A DNA stretch of 64,000 bases from Bdellovibrionales bacterium. Lineage in GTDB: Bacteria > Bdellovibrionota > Bdellovibrionia > Bdellovibrionales > UBA1609. Under the pieces are notes generated by a model, which did not search any database, was not told where the DNA came from, and saw only the letters and a list, made by a program, of their open reading frames with translations. Shown one piece after another: positions 62,354 through 64,000 of the stretch. Numbering within the stretch: the stretch's first letter is position 1; the number at the start of each line of letters is the position of its first letter. Location: contig OZ244719.1 of NCBI GenBank assembly GCA_965219095.1, positions 637,327 through 701,326 of the forward strand. The letters run 5' to 3'. A program made the position numbers and the translations under genes.

Positions 62354-62980
62354 ATGAAAAAGATTAAAAGAATTTTTATTGTATTTTTTTTCATTTGTTT
62401 TTCTCAGGTTCAAGCTGGAATGCCTGATTATGATCTTTATGTAGGTTTGGGAGTTAACTTTTTTAAACCTAAAGACAATAGTACTTCTCAAGGGAGGTTT
62501 AGCAGTAACTTTTCTTACTCTAATAAATTGGGTTTTAACGGTGGAGCTTTAGCTTATATTAAGATGGGAAATAAACTTTCCTTACGCACAGGTTTGTTAG
62601 CTTCTTTAAGAAAATTTGCATTACAACTACCTAATCAAAATATTCCAGAGCAAAATGACTATAGCTTGTCCTATGTTGATCTTCCTTTAACTCTTTCCTA
62701 TTCTATGGCAGATCAGGTCTATGTTTATGGAGGGGGTATTTTAGGCTATAGGTTTAGTTTTTCTTCCAATCAGTTAACGAGAAATTCTAATTTTGATTTT
62801 GATCAAGCCAATTTTAAAACCTATCTTTTAGGCCTCACCTTAGGGGTTCATTTCAATTTTATGGAGGCCATAGGTGTTGATGCTTATGCAGAGATGGGTT
62901 TAGGGTCTTTACTCAAGCAAAATGGTGATCAAGCTACAAACCCTATTGGTTTTGGATTACGAGCTTTGTACAAATTCTAA
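62354..62980 (+). CDS. outer-membrane beta-barrel protein, divergent paralogue 3
   Basis: Signal peptide; shared strand motifs (YDLYVGLGVNFFKPK, LGFNGGALAYIKMG, LSYVDLPLTLSYSM, GVDAYAEMGLGSLL); ends ...LRALYKF. GGGAGGAGG RBS. Confidence 0.8.
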   Translation: MKKIKRIFIVFFFICFSQVQAGMPDYDLYVGLGVNFFKPKDNSTSQGRFSSNFSYSNKLGFNGGALAYIKMGNKLSLRTGLLASLRKFALQLPNQNIPEQNDYSLSYVDLPLTLSYSMADQVYVYGGGILGYRFSFSSNQLTRNSNFDFDQANFKTYLLGLTLGVHFNFMEAIGVDAYAEMGLGSLLKQNGDQATNPIGFGLRALYKF

Positions 62981-63130
62981 GCTTCTCTCTTTTCATTGGC
63001 ATTTGTCTTACGGATTTTTGAGAAAAAACAAGAGGTTTTTTAATTTTAAAGGCCTTTTGTTTTCTCTAGGGCTTTTGCAAAGCATTAAATCAGATGAAAA
63101 AAACATTAAATTCAAGTAGAATATATATGT

Positions 63131-63439
63131 ATGGGAACAAAAACCGAGACCATTGTAAGGCCAAAAAGTCGAGAGAGGTTGAAAAAACCTAGTCAGTATA
63201 AAGTTGTTATGCTAAATGATGATTTTACGCCTGTAGATTTTGTGGTCCTTGTTTTAGAGAAAATCTTTAACAGAAGTTCTAATGAAGCTCATAGGATTAT
63301 GAAAGAGGTTCATAATAAGGGCTCAGGGGTGGCAGGTATTTTCCATTACGAATTAGCTGAAACAAAAGCTCATCAAGCTAACTCTTATTCACATTCTCAT
63401 AAATACCCTCTGCAATGTGTTTTAGAAAAAAAGAAATAA
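63131..63439 (+). CDS. clpS: ATP-dependent Clp protease adaptor ClpS
   Basis: YKVVMLNDDFTPVDFVVLVLEKIFNRSSNEAHRIMKEVHNKGSGVAG is the canonical ClpS core. Confidence 0.9.
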   Translation: MGTKTETIVRPKSRERLKKPSQYKVVMLNDDFTPVDFVVLVLEKIFNRSSNEAHRIMKEVHNKGSGVAGIFHYELAETKAHQANSYSHSHKYPLQCVLEKKK

Positions 63440-63736
63440 CTTTTTTCAAACTTCAACGGAATTTACGGACATCCTTCTAATTTTTACTTTTAATTTTTCA
63501 GTGTACTACAGATATCCTCATTAATTTTGTAATTGGTATAACAAGCTTTTAAAGATATTGTTGATTCCTGATATAAAATCTTGTGAGCAAAAGAAAGACG
63601 GTGAGGAACATAAAAAAGAGTGGACTGCACTGAAAAATAAAGCAAACTGAGGTCATTCAAAAGAAACCCTCTTAAAATCTGATTAGAAGAGTTAGACTCA
63701 TCTAAGAAGTAAGCTCATAAAAAGGAGCTTACTATT

Positions 63737-64000
63737 AACCCGAGTTTCGACTTTTATATATTGCTCAGAGGCCCCTGTTCTTGAGTTTTAAGTTGAATGG
63801 AGGGTTTTTTAGGTTTTAAACAAAGGAGATGAGAGTACCTAAAAGATTGATGACAAAGTTTTGTGGGCTACGATGGCGAGAATGCTCAAGATGAAACTCT
63901 CCTTTTAACACTCCAATCACTGTTTCCACAACAGAACGTTTTTTCAACATCAACTTGTCAAATAAGGGAATCAATTTATTCTTCATATTTAATTTGTAAT
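63737..64000 (-). mobile_element. second IS982 copy, cut by window edge
   Basis: 63737-64000 is near-identical to 59322-59590. Confidence 0.8.

Overview
AT-rich window (roughly one-third G+C by eye) of bacterial chromosome. Signs of a Gram-negative-type envelope: beta-barrel OMPs ending in Phe, lipobox lipoproteins, an Slt-type lytic transglycosylase and an LptM-like mini-lipoprotein. Standard genetic code; TGA is used as a stop, for example in dnaJ and rplI.

Housekeeping blocks:
- rpsF / DUF2232-like membrane protein / rplI
- dnaB plus a Fis-like gene
- ftsK
- tRNA-Glu and tRNA-Lys
- dnaJ-dnaK
- tig
- two ArsA-like ATPases
- gshA-type ligase
- PhoD-like phosphatase and a HIT protein
- slt-oppB-oppC
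- radA
- a BolA-Grx4 fusion
- HNH / top6B / top6A / truA / rplM / rpsI
- clpS

These blocks are interrupted by very dense IS and MITE debris from the IS3, IS4/IS1634, IS5 (IS903-like, IS427-like, IS5-like), IS66 (two types), IS630 (two types), IS982 and ISL3 families. The debris includes a four-deep nested insertion at 29.3-34.8 kb whose target-site duplications are readable.

A 9.5-kb accessory island (43.1-52.6 kb) lies between radA and the bolA-grx gene. It carries:
- an orphan beta-class DNA methyltransferase
- a repeat-bearing PD-(D/E)XK-like protein
- two secreted proteins
- a compact, translationally coupled three-gene cassette (259-aa unknown, 133-aa acidic protein, 145-aa HNH nuclease; 50451-52074)

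The three-gene cassette is my best candidate for an undescribed defence or addiction system. Other notable items:
- a complete archaeal/plant-type topoisomerase VI operon in a bacterial core context, overlapped by an HNH gene
- a three-member OMP paralogue family with conserved strands and hypervariable loops
- tandem-repeat tails on ribosomal proteins

All family assignments come from motif reading and memory. No database search was possible.
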